Source: Octopus vulgaris (taxonomy: Eukaryota). From it: a stretch of 64,000 nt of DNA. The notes beneath the pieces were generated by a model. That model was not told the origin of the DNA. It searched no databases and was given only the letters and a program-made list of their open reading frames with translations. Shown here one piece after another: positions 23,805 to 36,215 of this stretch (within the stretch, counting starts at the first letter, position 1; every line of letters starts with the position of its first letter). The translations under genes were made by a program, and so were the position numbers. The DNA lies in the NCBI GenBank assembly GCA_951406725.2, contig OX597820.1, positions 47,182,001 to 47,246,000 on the forward strand, written 5' to 3'.

Positions 23805-25526
23805 TATCATCATCCTGCTTCGGCACCTTCATGAGCTTCTGTGTCAGTGCTGGGAAGAGGGTACAGTCCCTCAGGATATGCAGGATGCTAACATCATAAT
23901 GCTTTACAAAAACAAAGGTGACCGTGGTGATTGTAACAATTACCGTGGAATATCTCTTCTAAGCACTGTTGGAAAGACCTTTGCCCGTGTTATCCTGGCC
24001 AGGCTACAACTACTTGCTTCTTGAATCTATCCGGAATCGCAGTGTGGCTTTAGAAGAAGCAGATCAACTATTGATATGATATTCTCCATACACCAACTTC
24101 AGGAGAAGTCCAGAGAGCAGAAAATGCCATTATATATGGCCTTCATTGATCTAACAAAGGCTTTTGACTCGGTAAGCAGAACAGGCCTCTTCACCCTGCT
24201 CCAAAAAATCAGATGTCCACCAAAGCTGCTGAGGATCATCAAGTCTTTCCATGATGATATGCAAGGCACCATACAGCACAATGGTTCAACATCAGCCACC
24301 TTCCAAATAAAAACGGGGTAAAGCAAGGTTGTGCCCTCACTCCTACATTGTTTGGCATCTTCTTCTCGCTCTTACTCTCACATGCTTTTCAGGCATCAGA
24401 TGTTGGAGTGTTTCTGCAGAGTAGAAGTGACGGGAAACTGTTCAATCACTCGCGCCTGCGTGCCAAGACCAAAATCAGAAACGTCCTGATCAAGGAGATG
24501 CTATTTGCTGATGATGCCGCTCTGGTATCACACACAGAAGAAGCCCTCCAAAGGCTCATTAACTGTTTCGGGCAAGCATTTAACGACTTTGGCTTAGCTA
24601 TCAGCCTTAAGAAGACCAACATCATGGGTCAGGCTACATCGGACATCCCAAACATACATATTGGAGACCACAGATTACAAGAGGTGGAGAAGTTTACCTA
24701 TCTTGGTTCTACCGTCACCTACAACCTATCCCTTGACGCTGAGCTCAATATACGCAGTGGCAAGGCAGCTGCTGCGATGGCCCAACTCTCCAAACGGGCT
24801 TGGGATAACAATAAGCTGACCAAGACCACGAAAATGAAGATCTACCAGGCATGTGTACTTAGCACTCTACTGTATGGAAGTGAGACTTGGACGCTATACA
24901 CATGCCAAGAGAGTTGCCTAAGCATCTTTCACCTGCGCTGCCTTCGAAAAATCCTCCACATCAAATGGCAGAATCATATCCCCAACAAAGATGTCCTCAA
25001 GCAAGCAGGAATACCAAGCATGTTTGCACTCCTCACACAAAGACGTATGAGATGGCTTGGGCATGTTAGCCATATGAAAGATGGCAGAATCCCCAAGGAC
25101 ATACTCTACGGAGAGCTTGCTAGGGGTACTAGGTCTGTGGGTAGACTGTTCTTATGTTACAAGGATGTGTGCAAAAGGGACATGAAGGCCTGCAACATCA
25201 ATATTAGCGGTTGGGAGGCAGTTGCTGGCAACCGTGGAGACTGGCAACGTACCGTAAAAGAGGGAATACAAAGGAGTGACAGAGAGAGAGAGAGGAGAAA
25301 TGGAAAGACAAGAAAGACGTCAACAAGAAACCAGCCAAGAAACAAGAAACCAGCCAAGAACAGTCTTCGCTACATTTGCGGTACCTGCCAGAGGGAGTGT
25401 TTGTCCAGGATAGGACTACACAGCCACAGCAGGAAATGTATCAGGACATGAAATGTAAAAGCCGGACTAGACTACTTTATGCGCAACTCCATTGTCTCCT
25501 GAGACAAAAAGGATGCCAACAACAAG
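23805..25526 (+). mobile_element. 5'-truncated RTE-clade LINE; reverse transcriptase pseudogene
   Basis: VPQDMQDANII.LYKNKGDRGDCNNYRGISLLS, PESQCGFR, FIDLTKAFDSV, KQGC, LFADDAAL, C-terminal CxxC...HxxxC finger, (CAA)n tail; in-frame stop at 24022 and frameshift at ~24318. Confidence 0.95.
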
Positions 25527-25528
25527 AT

Positions 25529-26145
25529 AGGTGCAAGCGTGGCTCACTTTGCAACCACATGGTTTCAGGTTCAGTTCCATTCGCGTAACACTTTAGGCAG
25601 GTGTTTACTACTATCGCTCCAGGCCAGCCGTTGCTTTATGAGAGAATCTGGTTGACAGAAACTGTGTGGAGGAAGCCTGTCATATCATATATGAAGGAGT
25701 GGTGAAAAGTTCCTGGCTTTGGGTAAAAGAAAATACAGGAGGATCAGTTAATTGTGATTTTATTGAACATACTTCCCTCTCAGATTCACACACTTATTGC
25801 AGCAGTTCTTCAGTGTTTTTAAGCCCTATAAAAGAACTCATAAGGCTGGACCTCCAACCAGGTCTTTCACGATACCCTTAAAGCCAGGAAGTTTTCATCA
25901 CTCTCTCTCTTATATATATATATATATATATATATATGTCTATACAGGTGTGTTTGTCACCTACTGGATTGCTTGACAACTGGTGTTGGTTTGTATGTGT
26001 TCCTGTAATCTAGCAGTTCAGCAATAGAGACTGATAGAATAAGTACCAGTGTTAAAAAAATAAGTACTGGGGTCAATATGTTCAAGGTGTTGCTCCAGCA
26101 TGGCTGTGTTCCAATTACGGAAACAAGTAGCAGATAAAAGATAGG
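25529..26145 (+). mobile_element. Degenerate SINE family A containing a MITE
   Basis: Diverged head and tail flanking an insertion in the TA tract. Confidence 0.7.
25691..25905. mobile_element. Tc1/mariner-type MITE
   Basis: TIRs GAGTGGTGAAAAGTTCCTGGCTTT / AAAGCCAGGAAGTTTTCATCACTC, inserted in a TA tract. Confidence 0.7.
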
Positions 26146-26534
26146 ATAACATTGTCAAAATGGTGTGCAGAAAAATTCTGAGCTGCTCAGTTTTCAAAAA
26201 TCTTCCATTTCATCCCCAATTAATGCAAAAGAGCCTAACTTAGACACTTCTTGGGATATTTCTTCTTTGATGGAAAGAATCTGATGCTGAATATCATGGT
26301 GTAAATATTTTGCATTTCAAAGTTGCTCTATGTCCTGTTCCTTGAGGATAGGGTTGTGTTTCTTTTACATTGCCATGCCCTTGTTCATTATGTTTTCTTT
26401 TGAGTGGGAGAAGAGGAATCTATTGTAGTATTGATCATCACAAAACATGCTAAAACAAACAATAATACCTTTTTTTCACAAATTTGCTTTGTATGAGCTT
26501 TGTTAATCATAAATGTTATAAAATGTATTTCTTA

Positions 26535-26886
26535 TTCTTTTATCTTTTATCTGTTTCAGGCTCTAGACTGTAGCCATGCTGGGGCACCACCTTGAATTTT
26601 TTTAGTTGAATGAATCGACCCTAGTACTTAATTTTTTCTTTAAATCTGGTACTTATTACATCAGTCTCTTTTTGCTGAACTGTGAAGTTACGGGATGTGA
26701 ACAAACCAACACCAGCTGTCAAGTGGTGGTGGGGGACTAACACAGACACAAAGACAAACACACACACACATGATAGACTTCTTTCAGTTTCTATTTACCA
26801 AAATCCACTCACAAGGCTTTGGTTGATCTGAGGCTATAGTAGAAGACATTTGCCCAAGGTGCCATGCAGTGGGACTGAACCTGGAA
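26535..26886 (-). mobile_element. Degenerate SINE family A
   Basis: Diverged reverse-complement match. Confidence 0.75.
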
Positions 26887-27260
26887 TTGTGCCTTTGCCT
26901 TATGCAAAACGTTTTGCAGTTGCTCCCCACAGAAGCTGCTGTGATATGGAATTAAGACCTTTGGTAGACAGCAAAAGCATCTTCTGCAATAACAACATGC
27001 TCCTAATCAAGAAAACCAGTCATGGTGGATGTCTGCTCGTGTATTGCTTTTCGTTTGTCCAAAAAATGTTGATAGTAAAATATTTTTTTAAATTCATATA
27101 TGTAATATGCTCTCTCTATAGATATGATTTGAGTACACAGCCCTGCTTGACTCTGTTAGTGATTGGAAATGCAATGGAAAAATTTCCACTGTCTAGCACT
27201 TGAGTGAGCATAATGTCATGAAACTGACACACTATATGCTGATGAATTTGTGCTTGCATT

Positions 27261-27515
27261 TCCAACACCTGGGAAATGCAAGCACAGGACCACCCTGCCT
27301 AACACAGCTGCACCAACAGAGGTGCCGCCTCCTAAGAATAAAACAGGATCACAGCAGCACAAAGAAAACATAAGCTGTGCAGGTCCAGCAGTGCCCGATT
27401 TGCAGCAGAACTTTCCAAGCTTGCATTGGCCTGATTGGCCACAACCAGATACACTATGACCCATCTTCTTCTCCTATGTGATGACCTTGATCTCGTCAAC
27501 AGCAATGGTTAGATA
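27261..27515 (+). mobile_element. 3' fragment of a second RTE-clade LINE
   Basis: Translation SNTWEMQAQDHPA*...NRITAAQRK...QCPICSRTFQACIGLIGHNQIH (RTE C-terminal zinc finger). Confidence 0.75.
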
Positions 27516-27599
27516 TTATAGACATGATTCATAAAATTCTGGATTGAATCTCTGATAATTTGAGCCAAGCAATCATCATAATCATCATTTAACATTTGT

Positions 27600-28185
27600 C
27601 TTCTACACCGGCAAGCCAAGTGAGACCATAACCTCATGGCCTATGCCAGGGGTGTAACCAGCCCACTTATGAGTACCTTTCCTTCATTGGACACTAAACT
27701 CTGCTTGCGAAGACCTGTTCAGGCAAGTGAAATCAAAATCAAATTTGATGACTGGCATTTGTGCTAGTGGAGCATTAAAAGCACCATCCAAGCGTGATCG
27801 TTGCCAGAGCAGCTAACTGGCTTCCGTACTAGTGGCATGTAAAATGCACCATTTGAGCGTGATCATTACCAGCATCGCCTTACTGGCACTTGTGCTGGTG
27901 GCACATGAAAAAGCATTTGAGTGAAGTCATTGCCAGTGCCACTGGACTGGATCCTGTGCAGGTGGCATGTAAAAAACACCATTTGAGCTTGGCTGTTGAC
28001 AGTACCACCTGACTGGCCCTCATGCCGGTGGCACATAAAAGCACTCACTACACTCTCGGAGTGGTTGGCATTAGGAAGGGCATCCAGCTGTAGAAACTCT
28101 GTCCTCAGTCAAATCGTCCAACCCATGCTAAGCATGGAAAGCTGACGTTAAACGACGATGATGATGATGAGGATGATGATGATGA
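27600..28185 (+). mobile_element. Family C retroelement with internal tandem repeats
   Basis: Repeated GGTGGCACRTRAAAAGCACC units, TTAGGAAGGGCATCCAGCTGTAGAAAC, (GAT)n tail. Confidence 0.75.
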
Positions 28186-28448
28186 CTGGCATGGCTTGGA
28201 CGGTTTGACAGGATCTGACAAGCAGGAGGGCTATGTTGAGCTCCATTGTCTGCTTTGACATGGTTTCTATGGCTTGATGCCCTTTCTAAGATCAACTACT
28301 TTACAAAGTGTACTCAGTAATTATATTGTTACACTGGTGTTAATGACCTCACCAAGTAACTTGCATGATTAGACCTCACTTAACTGAAGGTAGGGGCTTT
28401 GTGCCAGGTGTTGAGAGGTAAAAGTATGTTTGTGAAAATTTTCTGACC

Positions 28449-29210
28449 AGGTGTGGCTGTGTGTTAAGAAGTTTGCTCCCCAATCGCATGGTTCCAGGTT
28501 CAGTCCCACAATGTGGTGCCTTGCGCAAATATTTTCAACTATAATCTTGTCCTGACTAAAGCCTTGTGAGTGAATTTGATAGACAGAAACTGAAAGAAGC
28601 TTGTTGTATATGTGTGTGTGTGTGTGTGTGTGAGTGTGCTTTTATGTCTGTATTTGTCCACCATTACTGCTTCATAACTGGTTTTGGTTTACAGTTCTAT
28701 ATTTAAGAGATGAGGAATTATGTACATTATTTACATTCGACGGATATTTGTCCTCATCTTGTTTGTTGTTAACATATGCCCACGGGCATTTGACGTAGTG
28801 GTTAAGAGCGTGGGCTACTAACCCCAAGATTCTGAGTTTGATTCCAAGTAGTGACCAGAACAATAATAATAATAATAATAATAATAACATTGAAGAATAC
28901 CTTAGGAATGAGAACCCAGGTTCGAAATTTCCCCAAGACACCTGAAGAAGGCTGGAAGGTATATCAGATGAAACGTGTTAACAACAAACAAAATGAGGAC
29001 AAATATCCATCAAATGTAAATAATGGTCTTAGTTCGTTTACATCCCCATAATTTGGTGTTTCAGCAAAAAGAGACTAACAGAATAAGTACCAGGTTTAAA
29101 AGAAGAAAACAAAAACACTAGGGTCAATCCATTCAACTAAAAAAAAATTTCTTTAAAGCAGTGCTCCAGCATGGCTGCAGTCTAATGACTAAAAGAAGTA
29201 AAAAAGAAGA
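28449..29210 (+). mobile_element. Degenerate SINE family A interrupted by a nested element
   Basis: Head 28449-28695; tail resumes at ~29030. Confidence 0.7.
28697..29025 (+). mobile_element. tRNA-headed element with a Penelope-like tail, a degenerate hammerhead and 50-bp inverted repeats
   Basis: A box TGACGTAGTGG, B box GAGTTTGATTCC; CTGAAGA...GAAAC core at 28937-28979; 28725-28774 is the reverse complement of 28976-29025. Confidence 0.6.
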
Positions 29211-30671
29211 AAACAAAAGGAAGAAAACAAAAGTAGTTGAGATGGTTTGTTGCTTTGATTAAGGACCCTGAATCTACTGAACCCCAATTTTCTTCAAAAT
29301 ATTAATTTCCACCCTAAAGGGTGTCTTTTGAAGTGAAAGATCTCCAGGATTTTGACCACAGTGTAGTTTGGCTATTTATCCCTCAATGTCTGTGATAACA
29401 CTATCACCTTTGTTACTACATGTGTCTTCCAAATATGTTAAATCAATATCTGGATAATCTATAACCTTCAACATCTTCCATAGTTGCATTAAGCTTTCAA
29501 ATTAATTACTACATATGTTCCTTTTATATAGGGACCTGCGTCAATAAATTAACTGGTCATTTATAAATGTCACTGTTTAAAGAATATGGCAGAAAGTCAG
29601 CTAACAGAGCAGCTTGACACATTAAGATATCTGACAGTGCTCTATCACTTTTGAATATAAACAAACACAAACATTATTATCCCATTACATTAGTAAATAA
29701 ATATATTTATGATGAAGTAATTCTATTTCAGCACGGATGCAGCACGGATTTTTGTCAGTGAACAGGTCGCGGATTTTAGCGACGGAAATATTTTGACAAA
29801 TTAAACTTAAATGTTGAAGTGAATCGAACGGCTTTTGTGTGTTTCTTAAATGGCTTATAAACACCTTCCACGCTGCAATTGTTTTCGTTTCAGCACACGA
29901 TCTCAGATCAAATTACTTGCTATGCGAGTACATCTCCGTAATTCTATTTCCCTTTCTGAAAAAATGCTAATATTTAATTTAGCTGCTGTAAGTTAAAGTA
30001 GCAAGCTGGAAGAATTGATAATATGCTGGGTGAAAATGCTCATCAGCATTTTGTCTGTCTTTATGTTCTCAGCTCACGTTCCACCGAGATAGACTTGGCC
30101 TTTCATCCTTTTAAGATTGATAAAAAAAAAAGTACCAGTTGAGTACTGAGGTTGATGTAATTGATTTCTTCCTCTCTCAAAAAACTGCTGGCCCTGTGCC
30201 AAAATTTGAAACCAGTTAGCTGCCATAAGCAGCTATATCTTGTTTATTGTGAAGGTAGCTTGTAGAGGGGTCAATAATAAGGACCAACAAATTGGTCTTT
30301 GGTTCTAGCCAAAAGGACAAGACTATATGCAAATAAAAGCATAGACAAAAGAAGTACTAAATAACAGTAGTATAGATATATGGGGGCCTGAGGTACAACT
30401 TGATCTTTTCCTAGAAAGTTTTTCAAATGGCCCCAAAAACCCCACAAAATCATTACTCAAGATGATTAAGCTAATTAATAATATAATGAAGCTAAAACTA
30501 CAAAATACAACAAAAATATTTCAAAATGTTTCCATCAAATGACAATATGTGATAACAATTTTTAATATTTTCTCATGATAATGACACCTCATCATTATCA
30601 TATCAAGGAAGAGATCTTAAAGTTAATTCTTTTATTACCATGATTATGTTGAAAAAAAAAACAACCTGTCT

Positions 30672-31115
30672 TTACTCTCTCTCTCTTTTACTCTTTTACT
30701 TGTTTCAGTCATTTGACTGTGGCCATGCTAGAGCACCACCTTTTTAGTCGTGCAAATCGACCCCAGGACTTATTCTTTGTAAGCCTAGTACTTATTCTAT
30801 CGGTCTCTTTTGCCAAAATGCTAAGTTATGGGGACGTAAACACACCAGCATTGGTTGTCAAGCGATGTTGGGGGGGACAAACACAGACACACAAACATAT
30901 ACACATACACATACATATATAATATATATATATATATATATACATATAAACGACAGGCTTCCTTGAGTTTCCGTCTACCAAATCCACTCACAAGGCTTTG
31001 GTCGGCCCGAGGCTATAGTAGAAGACATTTGCCCAAGGTGCCACGCAGTGGGATTGAACCCGGAACCATGTGGTTTGTAAGCAAGCTACTTACCACACAG
31101 CCAATCCTATGCCTA
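30672..31115 (-). mobile_element. SINE family A
   Basis: Reverse complement of the family sequence. Confidence 0.9.
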
Positions 31116-32353
31116 TACGTCTTTGTTGCAATTGATTTTTAAAATAACGAAGAATTTAGTAAGATAATTTTCTGATTATTAAGCTGGTGTCTAGAATACA
31201 AATTAACATGAAATTTGGATAGAAAATTTTAATTTAGATAATTTTAACACAGAGAATGCGTATCATAAAACTGAAGGCAGATTCAGGTGGGTTGGTATTA
31301 AGAAGGTTAATCATGAGCTGCAGGTAGCTGAACCCACCAGTTGCTCCAATTGTTGGGCTTCCCAACAGCACATCTTTAGCAAATCTAAAGTCACATATCA
31401 ACAGAACATACAGTCTTTTCAAGACAAGAAACTGACTCAGCTCCTAACAATTATTGATACACTACAAAGCTCTGGTGAGGTGCCAAAAGGAGTATTGTTC
31501 TCACATTTGAGGCAGTGCTACTGTTGCATATACAAACATCCTAGACCCCAGAAAAATGTCACTAAACTGATTGTCATGAAGTCACTCAAACACAGGATCT
31601 AATCTTTAGCCCATATGTGCACTATCTCTTCTTACTGCCTTTTCTATTAATACTATTTTGGCTTCTGCTCCTCATAGCTGTCTAAGATCATGTTACTGTC
31701 ACTCAAATATCCCTGTCCTACACATCTCTCCTCCTCTTATCACTTTTTTTGTGGCCAGTTCTTCAAGCCTTGCACTAATCTTTATATCCTATCCTTCCTT
31801 CCTACAATCCTGCTTGTTTAGAATTTCCTCTCTACTCACATTTTATTTCAGAGGAATTGACTCATGAAGTTACAAGTACATTAATGGCATCAATTTCATC
31901 AGTCTAGGATGGTCAATAAAAGTCAAGGGTATTGCCTCTGCTTCTCAGCTTAGCAAGTAAAACAAATGAAATGTCAGTTCAGTATCAAATAAAATGAAAA
32001 GATTCAGATAATTTTGTCCTATTCTGTAACATAGACACCTCTTCAATCTTTTCATGATACTAAAAGAATGCTCAAAATATATAATGTGACAAGAATCAAG
32101 GGTAAACTTTGAACTGTGGTCCTAATGAAGAATTGAATGTCAGAAAGCTAGTGTGTTGACCTGAAAAACTGACTGAACTTTTGAAGAATTTGGCATTGTC
32201 TGAACTGGTAGTGGATTGTGCATCACCTGACACCTCTGTCTTGTATGCCTATTGTAATACATTAAAACAAAAATATAAGAAATGATAGAGAGCAATGTGA
32301 GTACGGAAAAGTGAATGTTAAGACGATGATCTATCAATCTATCTGTCTGTCTC

Positions 32354-32433
<80 letters not shown>

Positions 32434-32434
32434 C

Positions 32435-32653
32435 CTATTTCTTTACTACCCACAGAGAGGACAAACAAGGTCAGACAAACGGATTAAGTCGATTATATCG
32501 ACCCCAGTGTGTAACTGGTACTTAATTTATCGACCCCGAAAGGATGAAAGGCAGAGTCGACCTCGGCGGAATTTGAACTCAGAATGTAACGGCACCCGAA
32601 ATTCGCTAAGCATTTCGCCCGGTGTGCTAACGTTTCTGCCAGCTCACCGCCTT
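32435..32653 (-). mobile_element. SINE family B in a (TATC)n tract
   Basis: Reverse complement of the 19081-type copy; (CTAT)n on both sides. Confidence 0.85.
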
Positions 32654-33180
32654 CTATCTATCTACCTATCTATCTTCTAATAAATGAATAGGATATGTAT
32701 GAGATCATATCAGCTTCAAATTTTGGCTCAAGGCCAGCAATTTTGAGCTAAGGGGATAAGACGATTAAATTAACAACAGTGTTCAAATTACTTATTTTAT
32801 TGACCTTGAAAGGACAAAAGGCAAAGTTGACCACAGTAGAATTTGAACTCAGAACATAAAGACAGACGAATGGTCACTAAGCATTTCGCCTGGCAAGCAA
32901 ACAATTCTGTCAGCTTATCACCTTATATATGAGGTCATATTAAGATCAAATTTTGTGAACCTGTGCCCAGGATTACACTGGGTTAGTACCACCATTGATG
33001 TGTGACAGTTTTTGCCTGAATATTTGTCATATGTACTGTGCTAGGCCACACAACCTTAGATGCATGACAACCAAAGAATCATGAAATTTGGCGCAGCAAC
33101 AGAGGGTAACGTCAGAATGCTATAAAAATTTGTACTCTACTGCGGTATTGCGTACATTTTTCTGCTCTGGGAATACGTAT

Positions 33181-33518
33181 TGAACGTCCTTGACTTCTGA
33201 CACATAACAAACAACTTTTTACAAAGTATCATTTTAGGCATTTGAAAACTAAAATTAATTAAACAGGGTTAATTACTGTTTTATAGTATATTTTATAAAC
33301 AAAATTTGGAGAAGGTAAAGAATATGCACACCCTGTGTTTAGGGTTAGGGTTAGAGCTTATGATTAGCGTTAGGGTTTTTGTTATGCCGAAATCGGGTGG
33401 TGTGCGTATTCTTTACCTCTACCCAAAATTTAATGTTAACGTATATGTATGCTATGAACATTGATATTTTATTTGCAAAAGTTGCTTCCGTTTAGTACCA
33501 GGAGTCAAGAAACATTCA
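33181..33518. mobile_element. Old MITE containing a ~120-bp TTAGGG-bearing mini-element (33305-33428)
   Basis: Outer degenerate IR TGAACGTCCTTGACTTCTG / CAGGAGTCAAGAAACATTCA; inner IR AGGTAAAGAATATGCACACC / GGTGTGCGTATTCTTTACCT around TTAGGGTTAGGGTTAG. Confidence 0.55.
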
Positions 33519-33519
33519 G

Positions 33520-33840
33520 CATCATCATCATCATCATCATCATCATCGTTTAACATCCGCTTTCCATGCTAGCAGGGATTGGACGATTTGACTGAGGCCT
33601 GGTGAACCAGATGGCTGCACCAGGCTCCAATCTGATCTGGCAGAGTTTCTGCAGCTGGATGCCCTTCCTAACGCCAACCACTCCGAGAGTGTAGTGGGTA
33701 CTTTTACGTGCCACCGGCACGAGGGCCAGTCAGGCGGTACTGGCAATGGCCACGTTCAAATGGTGTTTTTTACGTGCCACCTGCACAGGAGCCAGTCCAG
33801 TGGCACTGGCAATGACTTAGCTCGAATGTTTATTCACGTG
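33520..33840 (-). mobile_element. Family C retroelement
   Basis: (CAT)n CGTTTAACATCCGCTTTCCATGCTAGC...CAGCTGGATGCCCTTCCTAACGCC. Confidence 0.8.
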
Positions 33841-34031
33841 ATGCTGGTAACAATTATGCTCGATATAGATAGATTATCGATTTTCTGGAACCTTCAGTCC
33901 CAAAGTAATGACTGATTTTTCCGATTAAGGGGTCGTCACCGCTAAATAAAACAAATATCAAATTTACTTATTTTGAGCCCAAATTCTGCCTAGGTCAACT
34001 CTCCCATCCTTTCAGGGTTGCTAAAATAAGG

Positions 34032-34811
34032 GTCAATATAAAGGCCTTCACCTGGGAACCGAAAAAAACCCCAAAAAAACAGCCTGGTGGGGTGTTAAAA
34101 ACTATGGAAAACGAATATGAAAAAAAAAAAATGCGCGCTGATGACCCTGGGGGTGAGGAGGGGACTTTCGGAAATTTCACAAGATCCGATTTTTCCATCA
34201 TAACTTCGGGTAAAATGGATATATATTGATTTTTTTTTTACGGAATCCCACGTTTTTGGTTATGCAGGATTCGATTCTGGAAAGAAAAATTTTCAAAAAT
34301 CGCCTTTTCAAAATTTCAATTCCCCACCTCCTTCACTTTTCACGGAAATTGTTTTTTCTTTTCTTTTTGCGAAATGCGTAGAAAAATACGTAGATTACGA
34401 TTCTGAAAAAAATGTTTGTAAAATTTCAATTTTTCAACAGGTAAAAAAAAAAAAGAATATATACCCTCAGGCTTTCAAGCAGGCTTCATGCATGCTAGAA
34501 ATAACAGTCAAATTTCACAAAACTGTGATAACATAACGAAATTTTGAAAATGCGATTTTTGAAAGTTTTTTTTTTTTCAGATCCTCCATAACCAAAAAGG
34601 TGGGATTCCGTAAAAAAAAAAAAAAAGAATCAATATATATCCATTGTACCCGAATTTATGACGGAAAAATCGGATCTTGTGAAGTCTCCTTCCCCCCACC
34701 CCCGGGTCGTCAGCGCGCATTCTTTTTTTTTTATAACCGTTTTCCACACACTTGTTAACACCCAACCAAGATGGTTAATTTTTTTTTTCTGTTGAGGATT
34801 TTTATATTGAC
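34032..34811. mobile_element. Foldback/MITE with ~280-bp diverged inverted arms
   Basis: Ends GTCAATATAAA / TTTATATTGAC; arms share AATGCGCGCTGA, CACAAGATCCGATTTTTCC and TACGGAATCCCAC in reverse orientation. Confidence 0.8.
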
Positions 34812-35549
34812 AAATTTATTAATATTATACAGTAAAACAGGGCCACCAGCGGCGGCGAGAATTTGAAGTTCCTGCTCTTAAATTAGAGGGGATTGAAAGA
34901 AGTTCCGGACCATCACTGTCCGGAAACTCGGTGTTGTATCTGTATAAACACACATATACGTATGTGTGCGTGTGTTTACTAACTTCAGTTGAGAATCGAA
35001 ACCCTGAAAGCGGCATTACTTAGTGTATAGCAATTGTTGATAAAGTCATTTGTATCGGATAGAAGCCGAGTAACTTGAAAAAAAAAAGGAAACTTCAATA
35101 AATAATTGATTTAATACTTCTATTTCATTTTCTCAAGATATTGAATAAAAATTTGTTACTTCCACATACGGGATAGATAAAATGTTTTCTCTGCGTACAC
35201 GTCTTGTATTATAAGTTAATAAGCGACTTCAAATTCTGTTTAATAACTCAAACTATTAGTTATGGCATTTAAATGAAATGTGACTTCTTTTTATTTGCCA
35301 TCTTCCCTCTCCTTAGATACTTTTATCAGCATTTCTTCCAACTCTGTATCACAAACAGAATGTTTAAAAATCTATGAACGGGTAACAAATTTTGAAGCCG
35401 CAATGCATTTCGGAAGAAAAAATAAAAAAGTAATATTGTTTCTTAACAGAACGAATTTCTAAGTAATACAAAAGAACAAAATTATTCCGCGTATATGTAT
35501 ATCTTACATATCATCAAATGCAATGTGTCTTGTATATATATATATATGT

Positions 35550-35745
35550 TTCTTTATTACCCACAAAGGGGCTAAACATAGAGGGGACAAACAAGGACAG
35601 ACAAACGAATTAAGTCGATTACATCGATCCAGTGCGTAACTGGTACTTAACTTATCGACCTCGGCGGAATTTGAACCCAGAATGTAACGGCAGACGAAAT
35701 ACGACTACGCATTTCGTCCGGCGTGCTAACGTTTCTACCAGCTCG
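35550..35745 (-). mobile_element. SINE family B (internally deleted)
   Basis: Reverse-complement match. Confidence 0.75.
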
Positions 35746-35869
35746 TAAAAAAATAGAACTCACAACATGAATATATATTTTTTTTTATTATTAATTATAG
35801 CAGAGTTTACAAAGTGACACAAAGGATGGGAGTTTCGTGCGTTAGCACTTATCAAATTATATATATATA

Positions 35870-36085
35870 TACCACCTCTTTAATGATTCCGCAGTTAATA
35901 CAATTATCATACATGTCCTACACATACATATAACTATATATATATATATATATAGTTACATGTATGTGTAGGACATGTATGATAATTGTATTAACTGTAA
36001 TTTATATATATATATATATAGTTATATGTATGTGTAGGACATGTATGATAATTGTATTAACTGCGGAATCATTAAAGAGGAGGTA
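35870..36085. repeat. Palindrome with a partially duplicated right arm
   Basis: ~65-bp arm, (TA)n, partial anti-arm, (TA)n, full anti-arm. Confidence 0.9.
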
Positions 36086-36099
36086 ATCCGATGCAAAAA

Positions 36100-36215
36100 A
36101 TCTGTCGGTGTTCAGTAGTGTGGGCGGAAACGGATTTGGATAGCAGTAAGGAGAAAGAACGGAAGTAGCAATAGGACAAAAAAACGAAAAACAAAAACAA
36201 AACAGGAAGTATGAA
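36100..36215 (+). promoter_or_regulatory. Candidate promoter of the SR-protein gene
   Basis: GGGCGG GC box and two GGAAGT ETS-like sites about 1 kb upstream of the ATG. Confidence 0.35.

Noticed and set aside
27216-27464. Cys-rich 82-aa minus-strand ORF (possible secreted peptide)
   Set aside because: Antisense of an RTE LINE 3' fragment; no signal peptide
29260-29495. Protein-like minus-strand frame (WKMLKVIDYPDIDLTYLEDTC...)
   Set aside because: Interrupted by stops and no family recognised; would need a tBLASTx search
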